Shown here: positions 40,666-52,689 of the stretch, in pieces
Layout of the letters: every line of letters begins with the position of its first letter
Numbering within the stretch: position 1 is the first letter of the stretch
Source of the DNA: Eledone cirrhosa
Lineage: Eukaryota
Assembly (NCBI GenBank): GCA_964016885.1
Contig: OZ024741.1
Location: 190,960,001 to 191,024,000, forward strand
Direction of reading: 5' to 3'
DNA length: 64,000 nt
Position numbers and translations under genes: made by a program
The notes under the pieces: generated by a model
Seen by the model: the letters and a program-made list of their open reading frames with translations, nothing else
What the model was told of the DNA's origin: nothing
Database searches by the model: none

Positions 40666-41172
40666 AACCAATAAACGTAATGAAGGAGTAACCACTCGAG
40701 CATGTTTTATTTTATTATATATATATGTACGTATTGTATAATTAATAATATACTGTATGTTTATATAAAAACATTTTGAAGGCCTATGAATTTAAGATAG
40801 TGACTAATGTCACATACCTAGCTTCAGCAAAAACAAAGAGAAATAACCAATGATCGTTTCTCACTTTTTAGTGGTTGTCAAGGCTATATATCCCTTTGCT
40901 TTTGTTGTAAGCTGGATTCTTATAGAATTCCAATTATGTTTATGAGCTGTTGAAACTCATTTACACAGAGAGTGGTTGCCAGCCAAGCATCAATTAGAAA
41001 TTTGTGTTGGTGCTCTGAAATAGCGATGTATATATAAATGTACGTATTGTATATTTAATAACCTTAAATTCATAGTGAAAGGCCTTCAAATTATTTTTAA
41101 ATAAACATACAGTATATCATTAAATATACAATACGTACATTCATATATACATTGATATTTCAGAACTCCAAC

Positions 41173-41228
<56 letters not shown>

Positions 41229-41278
41229 GTTAATATATATGAAAAAGAACACAAGAGCGTCTACAACATCAAAATATT

Positions 41279-41337
41279 TTTATTGGCTTACAATGTTTCT
41301 TCCTTACGTAACCGTAGGATTCACCAGAGCTATAAAA
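41279..41337 (-). ncRNA. Decayed hammerhead ribozyme (core CTGGTGA)
   Basis: Reverse complement GCT-CTGGTGA-A-TCCTACG(GTTA)CGTAAGGA-A-GAAA-CATTG-TA-AGC. Confidence 0.55.
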
Positions 41338-41472
41338 GGGGTTTGATTGGTGTTATGGACTCTACCAACCAAACATTCAAGAACAAAGAGTAAAGAGAGT
41401 AAAGAGCAAAAGTAGGGGACGATAAGTCTAATTTTGGTGCGTTAATATATATATATATACGTATATATACAC

Positions 41473-41541
<69 letters not shown>

Positions 41542-41752
41542 AAATGAGTGAAGAATAACGTGGCCAGCTGTACAATAGGGCTTATTCAAAGTATTAACAA
41601 GTGTTTCATTAGTTTCATATATATATATATATAAACAAAATTTGTTTTCGCTCTTAACATGGTAGATTCCTAAATGTATTCATTAGTGAATAATAATAAT
41701 GTAGTAGTATCTTGATATTATGATATTATTATTGATTCATGAATACATTTGT

Positions 41753-42228
41753 ATATAGTGTGGACTGCGTGCTTTTTGTCATCACACCTACATGACCACT
41801 CTACAGTGTGGACTGGGTGCTTTTTGTCATCACACCTACATGACCACTCTACAGTGTGGACTGGGTGCTTTTTGTCATCACACCTACATGACCACTCTAC
41901 AGTGTGGACTGGGTGCTTTTTGTCATCACACCTACATGACCGCTCTACAGTGTGGACTGGGTGCTTTTTGTCATCACACCTACATGACCACTCTACAGTG
42001 TGGACTGGGTGCTTTTTGTCATCACACCTACATGACCACTCTACAGTGTGGACTGGGTGCTTTTTGTCATCACACCTACATGACCACTCTACAGTGTGGA
42101 CTGGGTGCTTTTTGTCATCACACCTACATGACCACTCTACAGTGTGGACTGGGTGCTTTTTGTCATCACACCTACATGACCACTCTACAGTGTGGACTGG
42201 GTGCTTTTTGTCATCACACCTACATGAC
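41753..42228. repeat. 48-bp minisatellite (10 copies) derived from the RTE 3' UTR subrepeat
   Basis: Unit ACAGTGTGGACTGGGTGCTTTTTGTCATCACACCTACATGACCACTCT, near reverse complement of the subrepeat at 46370-46440 and 43500-43590. Confidence 0.97.
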
Positions 42229-42249
42229 TTTTGACCAAATAATATAGTC

Positions 42250-42437
42250 TAATAATAATTGTTTCTACTTTTGGCACAAGGCCAGCAATTATCCAGTGTA
42301 TTACTGGTACTTTATTTTATCGACCTCGTAAGGATGAAAGGCAAAGTTAACCTTGGCGGGATTTGAACTCAGAATGGCAAGGGCCGTAACTCTATACGTC
42401 AAAGCATGGCGTCCGACCCTCTACCGATACTGCCAAT
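42250..42437 (-). mobile_element. Nin/Deu-domain SINE
   Basis: Same family as 16455. Confidence 0.85.
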
Positions 42438-42625
42438 AATAATGGGCTGTATATGCCCATTGAATGGAAAAAGATGGGTATCAGCACACTTGGAAATCAA
42501 ACCCATACCTCTTGTTTTCTGAACAAATATGCTACCATTTACACTTGTCCAGCAATCAAGAGATGTGAGTTCAACCCCAAGGTGTGCTGATACCCAGCTT
42601 TCTGTTATTATTAGACTACAGTAAT

Positions 42626-42806
42626 GGTGGTGGATTGGCAGTATCGGTAGAGGGTCGGACGCCATGCTTTCCAGCATAGTTACGTCCCTGAGTTCAAATC
42701 CCGCCGAGGTTGACTTTGCCTTTCATCCTTACGGGGTCGATAAAATAAAGTACCAGTAATGTACTGGGTAATTGCTGGCCTTGTGCCTAAAGTAGAAACA
42801 ATTATT
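42626..42806 (+). mobile_element. Nin/Deu-domain SINE (inverted partner of the 42250 copy)
   Basis: TGGCAGTATCGG (A-box-like), GAGTTCAAATCC (B-box), Nin/Deu-like domain, ATT tail. Confidence 0.88.
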
Positions 42807-43134
42807 AGATTATTTTATTTAGTGAAAAGTTAAGGTGATATATTCTAATTTAATTTTCAAATTCTGTGGCTGTTTTCTAAACACACATGTTTTCTACATA
42901 TATATATGTATATGCACATACACATGCCTTGCTCCACACACATGTCCACACTCACACACATATATATATGTGTATATAAATGGTAAAGACTAGGAATCAA
43001 ACTAACTACCTCATTTGTTGTAATGCACCTGAGCACTGTACACAATAATTTTCATTATTATGATTGTGAACCCAATGCTCTAACCCCTGAGCCATGCGCC
43101 TTCACCTATTTGTATATATATATATACATATATA

Positions 43135-43724
43135 TATGATGCTTATGAAGGATGACAACTGTATAAAAAGGTGCAGAGCACTCAGAGTCGATGGAAGTTG
43201 GGGAGTGGGAGACCCAGGAAGACTTGGGACGTGATAAAAGCTGACCTTGCCCAGTTGCACCTCTCAAAGATGATGACACAGGACTGAAATCTCTGGTGTT
43301 ATGCAGTATTACAGAAGACCAGACTTTCCATGGGCACGGGCTGAGTCTGAAGAATATAAATAGTATGCACCACCACAACCCACCCGCTCCCATACATGAG
43401 GACAGGCTAAAGTATTCATCCAGTGAATCCTCCAGCTTACACTGTAAAGTGGTCGTGATGATGACACAGCCAAAAAACACTCAGCCCACGCTGTAAAGTG
43501 GTTGTGTAGGTGTCATGGCAAAAAGTACAGTCCACACTGTAAAGTGGTCCTGTAGGTGTCACGGCAAAAAGTACCCAGTCCACACTGTAAATGAGGTTAG
43601 TGCAAGGAAGGGCATCCAGCTGTAGAAATCAAGCCCAAATCTGTTCTGCACGAGCAGGGCATAACTTATCTAACCCATGCCAGCATGGAAAAATGGACGT
43701 TAAACAGAGATGATGATGATGATG

Positions 43725-43725
<1 letters not shown>
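43135..43725 (+). mobile_element. RTE LINE 3' fragment
   Basis: Matches 22028-22548, with a (GAT)n tail. Confidence 0.88.
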
Positions 43726-43780
<55 letters not shown>

Positions 43781-44954
43781 GTCTATATATGCATGTGTAT
43801 GTGTGTGTGTGTGCAAGCTTAGAATAAAACGTATAAAATGATGATAATGACATATATATGTATTCTTTATTAAGACCAATCTTAATTCTTGTTACTTGGG
43901 AGCTTCTCCAGTGTTTTCACAGGGTCACCTACAGAGGAATCTCATCTAACGCCCTTGTGAATATATGTGTGCGTGTAAAAGAGAATGAGAACAAATTGAA
44001 TATAATTATTTAGAATTTTTACCATCAGCTTATTTAGAAGAGAATATGTTGTTCACTATTAATATCCTGTTTTACATAAAGCCACATTAGCAAGACATTC
44101 TTGAATAGAGGTATGACTGGATTACATTAAAAATTAAAATCTTTATTTTAGTTTACTGCAAAATTTACTAAAACATCTATAAACCTTTGAATTAACAAAC
44201 CCGTTTCAGATAGATAAATCTGTTAAATCACTACAGGATGTTAAGAGTAAATAATCTACTACTTAAATGATCTATCAATTTCAAAATTGGAGGATTCTAT
44301 TGTAAAAAAAGATTTTCCTGGTAAAGTTGACTTTATCTTTGTTTAACAGCAGTATTTGAAGTAAGGAGTTTTGACAGTGCAACAGTAGCAGTATTGAATG
44401 TCAAATAAATGACAAATTTCTATCGGAAGCAGACACAACTAAACTGGAATCTAGCCCTTTTACAAACCCTCCCCCAACAACAAAAATAACAACAACATCA
44501 GCAACAATAACAATCACAACAATAACAATAACAACAGCTACAACAACTAAACAACTAGCTGATTATGCATCTACTACAGGGATAAGGATGTTGACATTTC
44601 AGTATCTGGACAACACAAACCCCACCCCATGAGGAGATATTGAAGACAAAAATAATTCTTTTTTCTTTTAGTATCACAGAGTGTGAATACAATCACGTGA
44701 TTTAAAGCAACCACCCTCCCTGCTAAAAATATGATCTGATGGTATATTTATATTTGATAGAAATATTTTGTTTTACTTTCCATCACACTGTATGAGAGAG
44801 GAAGTAGTGTAAAGAAATACAAGCTAACAATAACTGTAACAATAAAACTATAAAACAAAGAAAAAACAAAAACTTTTTACTGATTTATTGCAGTTATTTT
44901 TACGTGACACAATATTGAGAAATGTTCCAGGAAAATCTTATGGTTGTCTTTAGA

Positions 44955-44993
44955 TTCTCTCTCTCTTACTTTGTCTCTCTGTCTCTCTGTCTC

Positions 44994-45044
<51 letters not shown>

Positions 45045-45052
45045 CTCTCTTT

Positions 45053-45130
<78 letters not shown>
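44955..45130. repeat. Compound (TC)n-(TA)n microsatellite
   Basis: Seen directly. Other large (TA)n tracts lie at 29240-29410, 29650-29810, 31885-31970, 41180-41225, 41470-41535 and 50540-50625, with (ACT)n at 54853-54905. Confidence 0.95.
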
Positions 45131-45133
<3 letters not shown>

Positions 45134-45752
45134 TTCTGTGTCTCCCCCTCTCTCCATCTCTCTACCCACTCTCTCTTCCCCCATCTCCTCCTTCCCTCTC
45201 TCTCTAAATGCCACCTCTGCATAACCTCCTTCAACAATATTATGTTACAATTGTAACTATATCAAAGAAACAGTTGCTGATGTTTCTTAGCCCCAAGTCA
45301 TCCTTGATCGAGCAAACTTACGACTAAAAGCATTCCAGTTGCAACCATCCTGCTTTGTTTTCAGATATACTATATCTAGGACTATCTTATCCAATGTGTT
45401 CTCTTTTTTAGGATAGTGTAGTAGATATGATTACAATTTCTAACAGGTTGAGAAATGGTATAGAGGCTTCTTTACACATATATAACACATAATTGACCCC
45501 TTCAAGGTCACTGAACACACATATACATAAGTCACATAGCTGATCCTTTTACTATGACAAAAAATACTGGCTCACATACCTAACTATTCAAGGTCACTAC
45601 ATATGTTAGGACACATATGTATATATATATATATAAATAGCCGTCGAAACGGCTTGAGCTCTGCCGTCGGGGTCATACTTTTCCCTATATATATATATAT
45701 ATATATATATCAATGATATTAATAAATGGAAACTATATTTATAAAACCATAT

Positions 45753-45813
45753 TTATTCTATTACATATATTTCAAGGGTTCAAAAACTTTGGTACGCTCT
45801 CATCAGATAAAAT
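45753..45813 (-). ncRNA. Hammerhead ribozyme, family C
   Basis: Reverse complement TATTTTAT-CTGATGA-GAGCGTACCAAAGTTTTTGAACCCTT-GAAA-TATATG-TA-ATAGAATA. Confidence 0.75.
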
Positions 45814-45891
45814 ACAAAGTTTGTTTTATAAATATTGACATATCTATCCAGGTGAAACTTGGATATGTCAATATTTATAAAACAAACTTTG

Positions 45892-45952
45892 TATTTTATC
45901 TGATGAGGGCGTACCAAAATTTTGGTACCCTTGAAATATATGTAATAGAATA
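45892..45952 (+). ncRNA. Hammerhead ribozyme, family C
   Basis: TATTTTAT-CTGATGA-GGGCGTACCAAAATTTTGGTACCCTT-GAAA-TATATG-TA-ATAGAATA. 8-bp stem I, about 11-bp stem II, GUA site. Confidence 0.85.
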
Positions 45953-46556
45953 AATATGGTTTTATAAATATAGTTTCCATTTCATTGATATTATACTCCA
46001 GAAAACTTGTCGAGTGCTTCGAATCTGTTATAAATATATATATTTGTTGAATTACCAACAAATTAAATATGCCTTTGCTTAAATATATATATATATATCT
46101 TCTAAACCCATGCTAGCGTGGAAGATAGACGTTAAACGATCATGATGATGATGATATATATATATATATATATATATATCATCATCATCATCATGATATA
46201 TATATATATATATATATACCGACAGACTGGTCGGTCAAGGTGATATATATATGTATATATGTATGTATATACATGTATATATGTACCCCACACCCCCTAC
46301 TCCATCCTTCCACTTCCGTTCACACCACCCTTTCTCTGTAAAGTTATGTTGGTATCACAGACCATCCAACCCACACTGTAAAGTGGTCGTGTAGGTGACA
46401 TGACAAAAAGCACCCAGTCCACACTATAAAGTGGTCGTGTAGGAGACAGGGTAAAAAATATATATATTCATCATCAACATCTTTTAACGTCTATCTTCCA
46501 CACTAGCATGGGTTAGACGGAAATTGTCCAACTTGAGGCAAGATATATATATATAT

Positions 46557-48260
46557 AAGTAACAGAAAGAGTTATAGCACAGTTGATTAGGGACCGGGCG
46601 AAACTAGATGAGATGCAATTTAGGTTTGTACCAGGAAGAGGCACCACTGATGCCCTCTTCCTTGTGAGGCAGTTACAGGAAAAGTACCTAGCTAAAAGTA
46701 AGCCACTCTACCTGGCATTTGTCGATCTCGAGAAAGCCTTTGAATGAGTTCCACATGCTGTAATCTGGTGGGCTCTTAGAAAACTAGGAATAGATGAATG
46801 GCTTGTGAAAGCTGTACAAGCCATGTATAGAGGAGCAGTCAGCAAAGTTAGGATTAGCAATGAGTATAGCGAGGAATTTAGCGTACAGGTTGGTGTCCAC
46901 CAGGGCTCTGTTCTTAGCCCTCTCCTGTTCATCATAGTCCTGCAGGCAATAACGGAGGAGTTTAAGACCGGATGCCCATGGGAACTCCTGTATGCTGATG
47001 ACCTCGCACTTATAGCTGAATCTATGGTAGAATTAGAGAAGAAATTCCAAACTTGGAAGCAGGGACTAGAAAGAAAGGGTCTCAAAGTCAACATGACAAA
47101 GACTAAAGTCCTTGTAAGTAGACGAGAAAACAGAACCCAGATCCCTTCAGGGAAATGGCCTTGCTCAGTATGTAGGAAAGGTGTAGGTAGGAACTCCATT
47201 CCCTGCCCCAAATGCAAATAATGGGTACACAAGAGATGTAGCGGGATCTCAGGAAGCTTAATTAAGAATGTAGGCTTCACATGGAGCAGCTGTGCTGGGA
47301 CAGCAAGAAGCAAACAGCCACAGGAAACAAGTACCACCAATCTCTGGGAGGGCTCTGTAGAAACAGTAGACAGCTTCTGCTACCTAGGTGACCGAATTAG
47401 CAGCGGAGGTGGGTGTTCAGAAAGTACAATAACTAGGGTAAGAACGGGATGGAAGAAGTTCAGGCAACTACTGCTACTGCTAGCTGCAAAAGGCTTCTTC
47501 CTCAAAATGAAAGGCAGACTGTATGATGCGTGTATCCGAACAGTAATGTTACATGGTAGTGAGACCTGGACGCTGAAGGTGGAAGACTTACGTAGATTAG
47601 AGACAAACGAAACCTGCATGCTCCGATGGGTGTGTAATAGTAATATACGCGAACGACAAAGCATAAATGAATTGAGAGAGAGACTGAGCATAAGAGGAAT
47701 CAAATGCTGTGTGCAGGAGAGGCGGTTGCATTGGTATGGACATGTGATGCATATGAAGGATGACAGCTGCATAAAAAGGTGCAGAACACTAGAAGTCGAT
47801 GGAAACCGCGGAGTGGGGAGACCCAAGAAGACCTGGGATGAGGTGATAAAAGCCGACCTTACCCAATTACACCTCTCAAAGGCGATGACACACGACCGTG
47901 ACCTCTGGCGTCACACAGTAATACAGAGTACCCGACCTCCCATGGGTACAAGTGGAAGCATATAGACAATATGCCCCCACACCCTCCCACTGCAAGGTGG
48001 TCGTGGAGGTGCCACGGCAAAAAAATCACCCAGCCCACACTGTAAAGTGGACGTGTAGGCGCCACGAAAAAGCACCCAGCACTCACTGTAAATGAGGTTG
48101 GTGTTAGGAAGGGCATCCAGCTGTAGAAATCAAGCCCAAATCAGTTCCTGTATGAGCAAGGCATGGTCAGCCGACCAGACACTGCCCACAACAGGACAAC
48201 CCGTTTAACCCATGCTAGCGTGGAAGAACGAACGTAAAACGGTGATGATGATGATGATGA
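46557..48260 (+). mobile_element. 5'-truncated RTE-clade LINE (RT, PHD-like Cys cluster, 3' UTR)
   Basis: VGVHQGSVLSPLLF...PWELLYADDLAL...WPCSVCRKGVGRNS...RRLHWYGHV...GRPKKTW, (GAT)n tail. Same subfamily as 20651-22548. Confidence 0.96.
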
Positions 48261-48280
48261 TATATATATATATATATATA

Positions 48281-49740
48281 TCAGACTGGTTCACTAAATT
48301 AGAGGACAAGACATCATTAAAATTTATTCAGTTCGATATTGATGATTATTATTCATCTATTTCACCCATTCTTCTTAATAAGGCCCTTATTTTTGCTATG
48401 CACAACACAAACATGACTAGAGATGAAGTAGACATAGTTTTAGCCACCAGAAGCTCTGTAATATTGTTTAATAATGAGTAACGGACATGCAAGGATAGAT
48501 GTAATGATTTCGACATAACCATGGGCTCTAACAACTCAACCCAGGTTATGGACCTTGTTGGAATAATCTATCTCCATCAGACTCTGCACCAGGAATTTGT
48601 TGACCTGCAGGGTGGATTATATAGAGACGATGCTCTCCTAATCGTAAAAAATTTCAACGGTCAACAACTTGAAAGAAAGCTGGTATGATGAAAGAAAGCT
48701 GGTATGATGAAAAAATAAAATTTAACATAAACAAACCAGCCGGGAGACGAAGGTTTCACCCTAACCCTAATCTAACCCCCACTAGGAATTGGCAGCAATG
48801 TGGACCTTAAAATTCTAGGAGCAGAAGCAACCATGGAAAATCCTGCTCAACCAATAATTCAAAAAATGAATCACTGGACAGTATGAAACCTAAGCACTCT
48901 AAACATGATTTAATCCTCCTCATAACGAACTAGTTATCACTAAAGTAGCAACGCAGTTCTTTAGATTGCTCGGCGAAAGCTTTCTTCCAGTACACAGGTA
49001 CCATAAAATCCCGAATAGAAAAAAGGTCTGCCTGTCCTACTCTATCACAGCCAACATTAGAAGCTTCATAACAGGATTAAATAATAAATGCCTCCGGGAC
49101 TTTGACAGTAGCATGCAGCCTGGCCAGAAACTGGTCTCTAACTCTACCGTCAGAGCAACCACAAGAACAGTTTCCCAACCCGCCTCATTGAACAAGGATA
49201 ACCCCACTCTCTCAGAAGGACTGTATAATGTGTGTGTGAACCAAACGTAACCTCCTCACACTTCACACACCACCCCTAATGCAGGTATAAACAACAACCC
49301 CATTCAGTATGCACGGACGCAGTGTAACTGCCGGCAAACCTAACAACTGTCCCTTAAATGGAATGTGCATGCACAGGAACATGGTTTACCAGTGTGTGGT
49401 CGAATCTAATTTGGGGATGTATAAGTATATGGGTGCAACCTCCAACTTTTTAAAGAAGAGATGGTATGTGTACTCACATTGATTCAAAAGCCCTAGGCTG
49501 AGTAAGTAAACCACTCTCGCCAAAAAGATCTGGGACTGGAGACAAAGCAATAAGGATTATACTCTCCATACTAAGGTTCACACGGCCATAGCAAAATGAA
49601 AGGTGCCTTTGCGACCTTTGTGTTATGGAGATAATGGAGATTATGTCTGGCTTGAATCTGTTGAACTCTTGCCAGGACAGGATTTTCAATTGCCAACACA
49701 GGGATTTATGTACCTTCACCAGGTACCACCCTGATTAGTA
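48281..49740 (+). mobile_element. Decayed Penelope-like element (RT and GIY-YIG endonuclease), internally deleted
   Basis: FIQFDIDDYYSSIS, FDITMGS, GGLYRDDAL (RT). FNPP...HRYHKIPNRKKVCLSYS (linker). CNCR..CPLNGMC...VYQCVV...YMGATSN (GIY-YIG). Confidence 0.9.
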
Positions 49741-50289
49741 TAATACTATTTCTCCTACCTAGATAACCCACTCCTATAAAATATAAAATGTTTCCTCTAG
49801 ACCTCTTTAACTGCATAACTAAAACAGTAATTTCCCCTTTGACTAGCATTAGGTTCGATCCTACATCTCATTTTCCACCTTACCTATTGCTCTTGCCCAA
49901 TATACAACCTCCAACTGCCAGGATCTTATGGCGCCAATTTACATACTAATGGGTTCCCCAATATATCTTTTCCTTAAGGACAGTTTGGTAAGAAAACATT
50001 TATTACTGTCATCAATCGTTAGCTTATCTACTCTTGCCGCTTCGACCAGCCAAATCCCTCTCAACTCTTCTTTCCTTCACTGACCTCTTATCTACCTACT
50101 CACTATTGAACTTTCCATTCTAACTGCTTACTAGTCTTCTTTACAGGAGTATATGTCTGTATAAGTATTTGTATATATGTGTATGTATATATGTGTACAT
50201 ATGTGCATGTGGGCATATGTATGCGTGTATATATATATGAGAGTGTGCGAATGTGTGTATATATATGTGTATATATATGTATGTGTATG

Positions 50290-50327
<38 letters not shown>

Positions 50328-50422
50328 TATCGATTGACTTTCGTCAAATCGGACCGAGAAAACAATGTTTTCGTCTGTCTTTCCAGTTGCTAGTACTATC
50401 TATCGGTTGCAACTCTAGGTAG

Positions 50423-50535
50423 AAGGAGCAACGTGAAATAAAGTGTCTTGCTCAAGGACATAACGCATCGCCCGGTCCAGGAATCGAACTCACAACCTCA
50501 AGATTGTGAATCCAATTCTCTAACCATTCAGCCAC
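50423..50535 (-). mobile_element. tRNA-head CORE-SINE 5' part
   Basis: Reverse complement GTGGCTGAATGG...GAGTTCGATTCC...GTCCTTGAGCAAGACACTT. Confidence 0.75.
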
Positions 50536-50536
50536 A

Positions 50537-50617
<81 letters not shown>

Positions 50618-51242
50618 TACATACATACATGGTGGCTGCCAACTCGTTTTCGAGTACGACCACTACTTTATATCCATGTAGGAGAACCCTTACCGATGCG
50701 CTGAAGGAGTGTGACTTTTTAGTCCAGCCAGCGACTTGAAAACTCTGGTACAAACACTGCACTTGTGACAATTATTGACACATAGTGCCGGGCCCATGGT
50801 ACCATGTGACGACAAGTGCAGAGAGATCTCCAGATATAAAGCAATGCCTGTGCCGTGAAGCTTTTATAGTGAGCAAAGGCACTGCACAAAGCCAGTCCCA
50901 CTCTCTTAACTAAGATGATATTTACCAAAAAGAAGAACAAGTCAACATCATTGGATACCATCAGGGTTGCAGGTGTTATATCAGAGTTTTCCTTCTCCTA
51001 GAATTCTGCCTTGACAAAGGCTAAGGGGTCATCTCTCCCGGTGATTTTGGATGGCCATTGACTCTTAAGAGCTCCTTTTCCCTTTGACAGGTTTTGTTTT
51101 TAGTCCTGCAGGATGTCCAAAATCACCCTCCGCACCAGGAATCCTTGGTGGGGTTGCCAGTTTAGTCGCCAATGACCCGACCATGAGACAGGTTGTACTG
51201 GGATACATGTTACCAGTAGCACCAACTGGTGACCTGACATAC

Positions 51243-51283
<41 letters not shown>

Positions 51284-51406
51284 TGGTGTTGGATGCTTAA
51301 AGCGTCCGTATGCGGTAGGCCGTATGAGCACTCGATGCTCTCATAGAACAGAGTATGATATCACAGAAAAAAAGAGAATCAGTGTTGCGATGAATGGAAT
51401 TTATTC

Positions 51407-51502
51407 GACATATTACAATCGTTTCTCTGGCGGCCAGCTCGAGGCACGATCGATGTGATGATCGAACCTGACTCTGAAAATCGCAAGGTCCTCAGATACA
51501 TC
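51407..51502 (-). ncRNA. Hammerhead ribozyme with extended (63-nt) stem II
   Basis: Reverse complement GATGTAT-CTGAGGA-CCTTGCG...CAGAGTCAGGTTCGATC...GATCGTGCCTCGAGCTGGCCGCCAGA-GAAA-CGATTG-TA-ATATGTC. 7-bp stem I, GUA site. Confidence 0.75.
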
Positions 51503-51837
51503 TTGGTTCTACGAAGCAGATTTTCCTATGTCCTTTTACATATATACTTTGCCTGTCAGCTTAGATTCTATTGTTGTCATTCTATGAGTGGTCAACAATT
51601 GTATTGAGTGGTCAACATCGGTATTTCTAGCCACTCATGGTTGTCCACTATTTGGTTCTATTCATTCTCCACCTGTCAATCAAATTTGTTTCTTAGGTCG
51701 GAATTACTACTGTAGTAGGTAAGGGGTTGTATGCTTGAACTGCTGGCGGCAATTCGACGTCTTCACTGTCTTTAGGCGCCCACTTCTACACCAATGGCGT
51801 ACACACCCTCAACTGTATTGTATGCGACGATCACCGT

Positions 51838-52001
51838 AAATAATTGTTTCTACTTTAGGCACAAGGCCAGCAATTACCCAGTGCATTACTGGTACTCTAT
51901 TTTATCGACCCCGTAAGGATGACAGGCAAAGTCAACCTCGGCGGGATTTGAACTCAGATCGTAAAGGGACGTAACTATGCTGGAAAGCATGGCGTCCGAC
52001 C
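51838..52001 (-). mobile_element. Nin/Deu-domain SINE
   Basis: Same family as 16455. Confidence 0.85.
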
Positions 52002-52689
52002 ATCGTAAATAATATTTGGAAGGAATTTTTAAATCAAATTAGAAAAATATTAGAAAAATATTTAGCATAACGTTTCAAGAACACAGCCTGAGAATACCCT
52101 AAAACATACATATTTCAAAAGGAAAAAGAAAAAAAACTCTGTACAAGGAACGTTTTTAAATGAAACACCCTTTCAAAAAAAGTTATTCCAAATGCATTTT
52201 TGATAAATATACACATATCTACACTCACACACTGTACTCAGAGAAGAGTGTACATTTGAGACGTTGCACATATATACACAGCCTCAAGAATGCTGTCCCA
52301 TATAATACTATGTGCATCATGTGCACAGTTGCGCGTGTGTGTATGGATGGGAGGGTATTCATCAAGTACGCGCCTTCGATTTGAGTGTGCGCGGGTACAT
52401 GTATGTATGTGTGTCCACGCAGATATGCATGCGCATGTGTATGCACATGTCTGGGTGGATGTATTTGTATGAACATGTCTGTGTGAGGGTATGAATGCCT
52501 ATGTGTAGATCTTTTTTTTCATCTGTGTATATATGTGCAGCATCTCAAATGTACACAGAAACAAATTTTAACCTTACCTATCTTTGTATATATATATATA
52601 TATGTGTATGTTGTGTGTACAATGTAAATATCAATATATAAAAATACTGACTTGTTTACCAATACCTCTCCCCCAATGCAAATTAGGCA

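Larger units (their letters stand above)
39508..41090. repeat. Near-perfect inverted repeat of about 530 bp (39508-40037 / 40563-41090) carrying family B hammerheads
   Basis: Arms are reverse complements, e.g. tttgaaggcctttcactatgaatttaagg at 39508 vs ccttaaattcatagtgaaaggccttcaaa at 41062-41090. The spacer holds a half HHR, a CR1 3' UTR piece and a pLTR tail. Confidence 0.95.
45725..46070. mobile_element. Palindromic HHR-bearing pLTR element, family C
   Basis: 45725-45845 is inverted relative to 45861-45981. The tail 45981-46070 is homologous to the reverse complement of 31010-31110. Confidence 0.88.

Noticed and set aside
50630-51240. GC-moderate segment ending in (CATA)n
   Set aside because: Probably an interspersed retroelement UTR or SINE, but it is single-copy in this window and cannot be classified from sequence alone.
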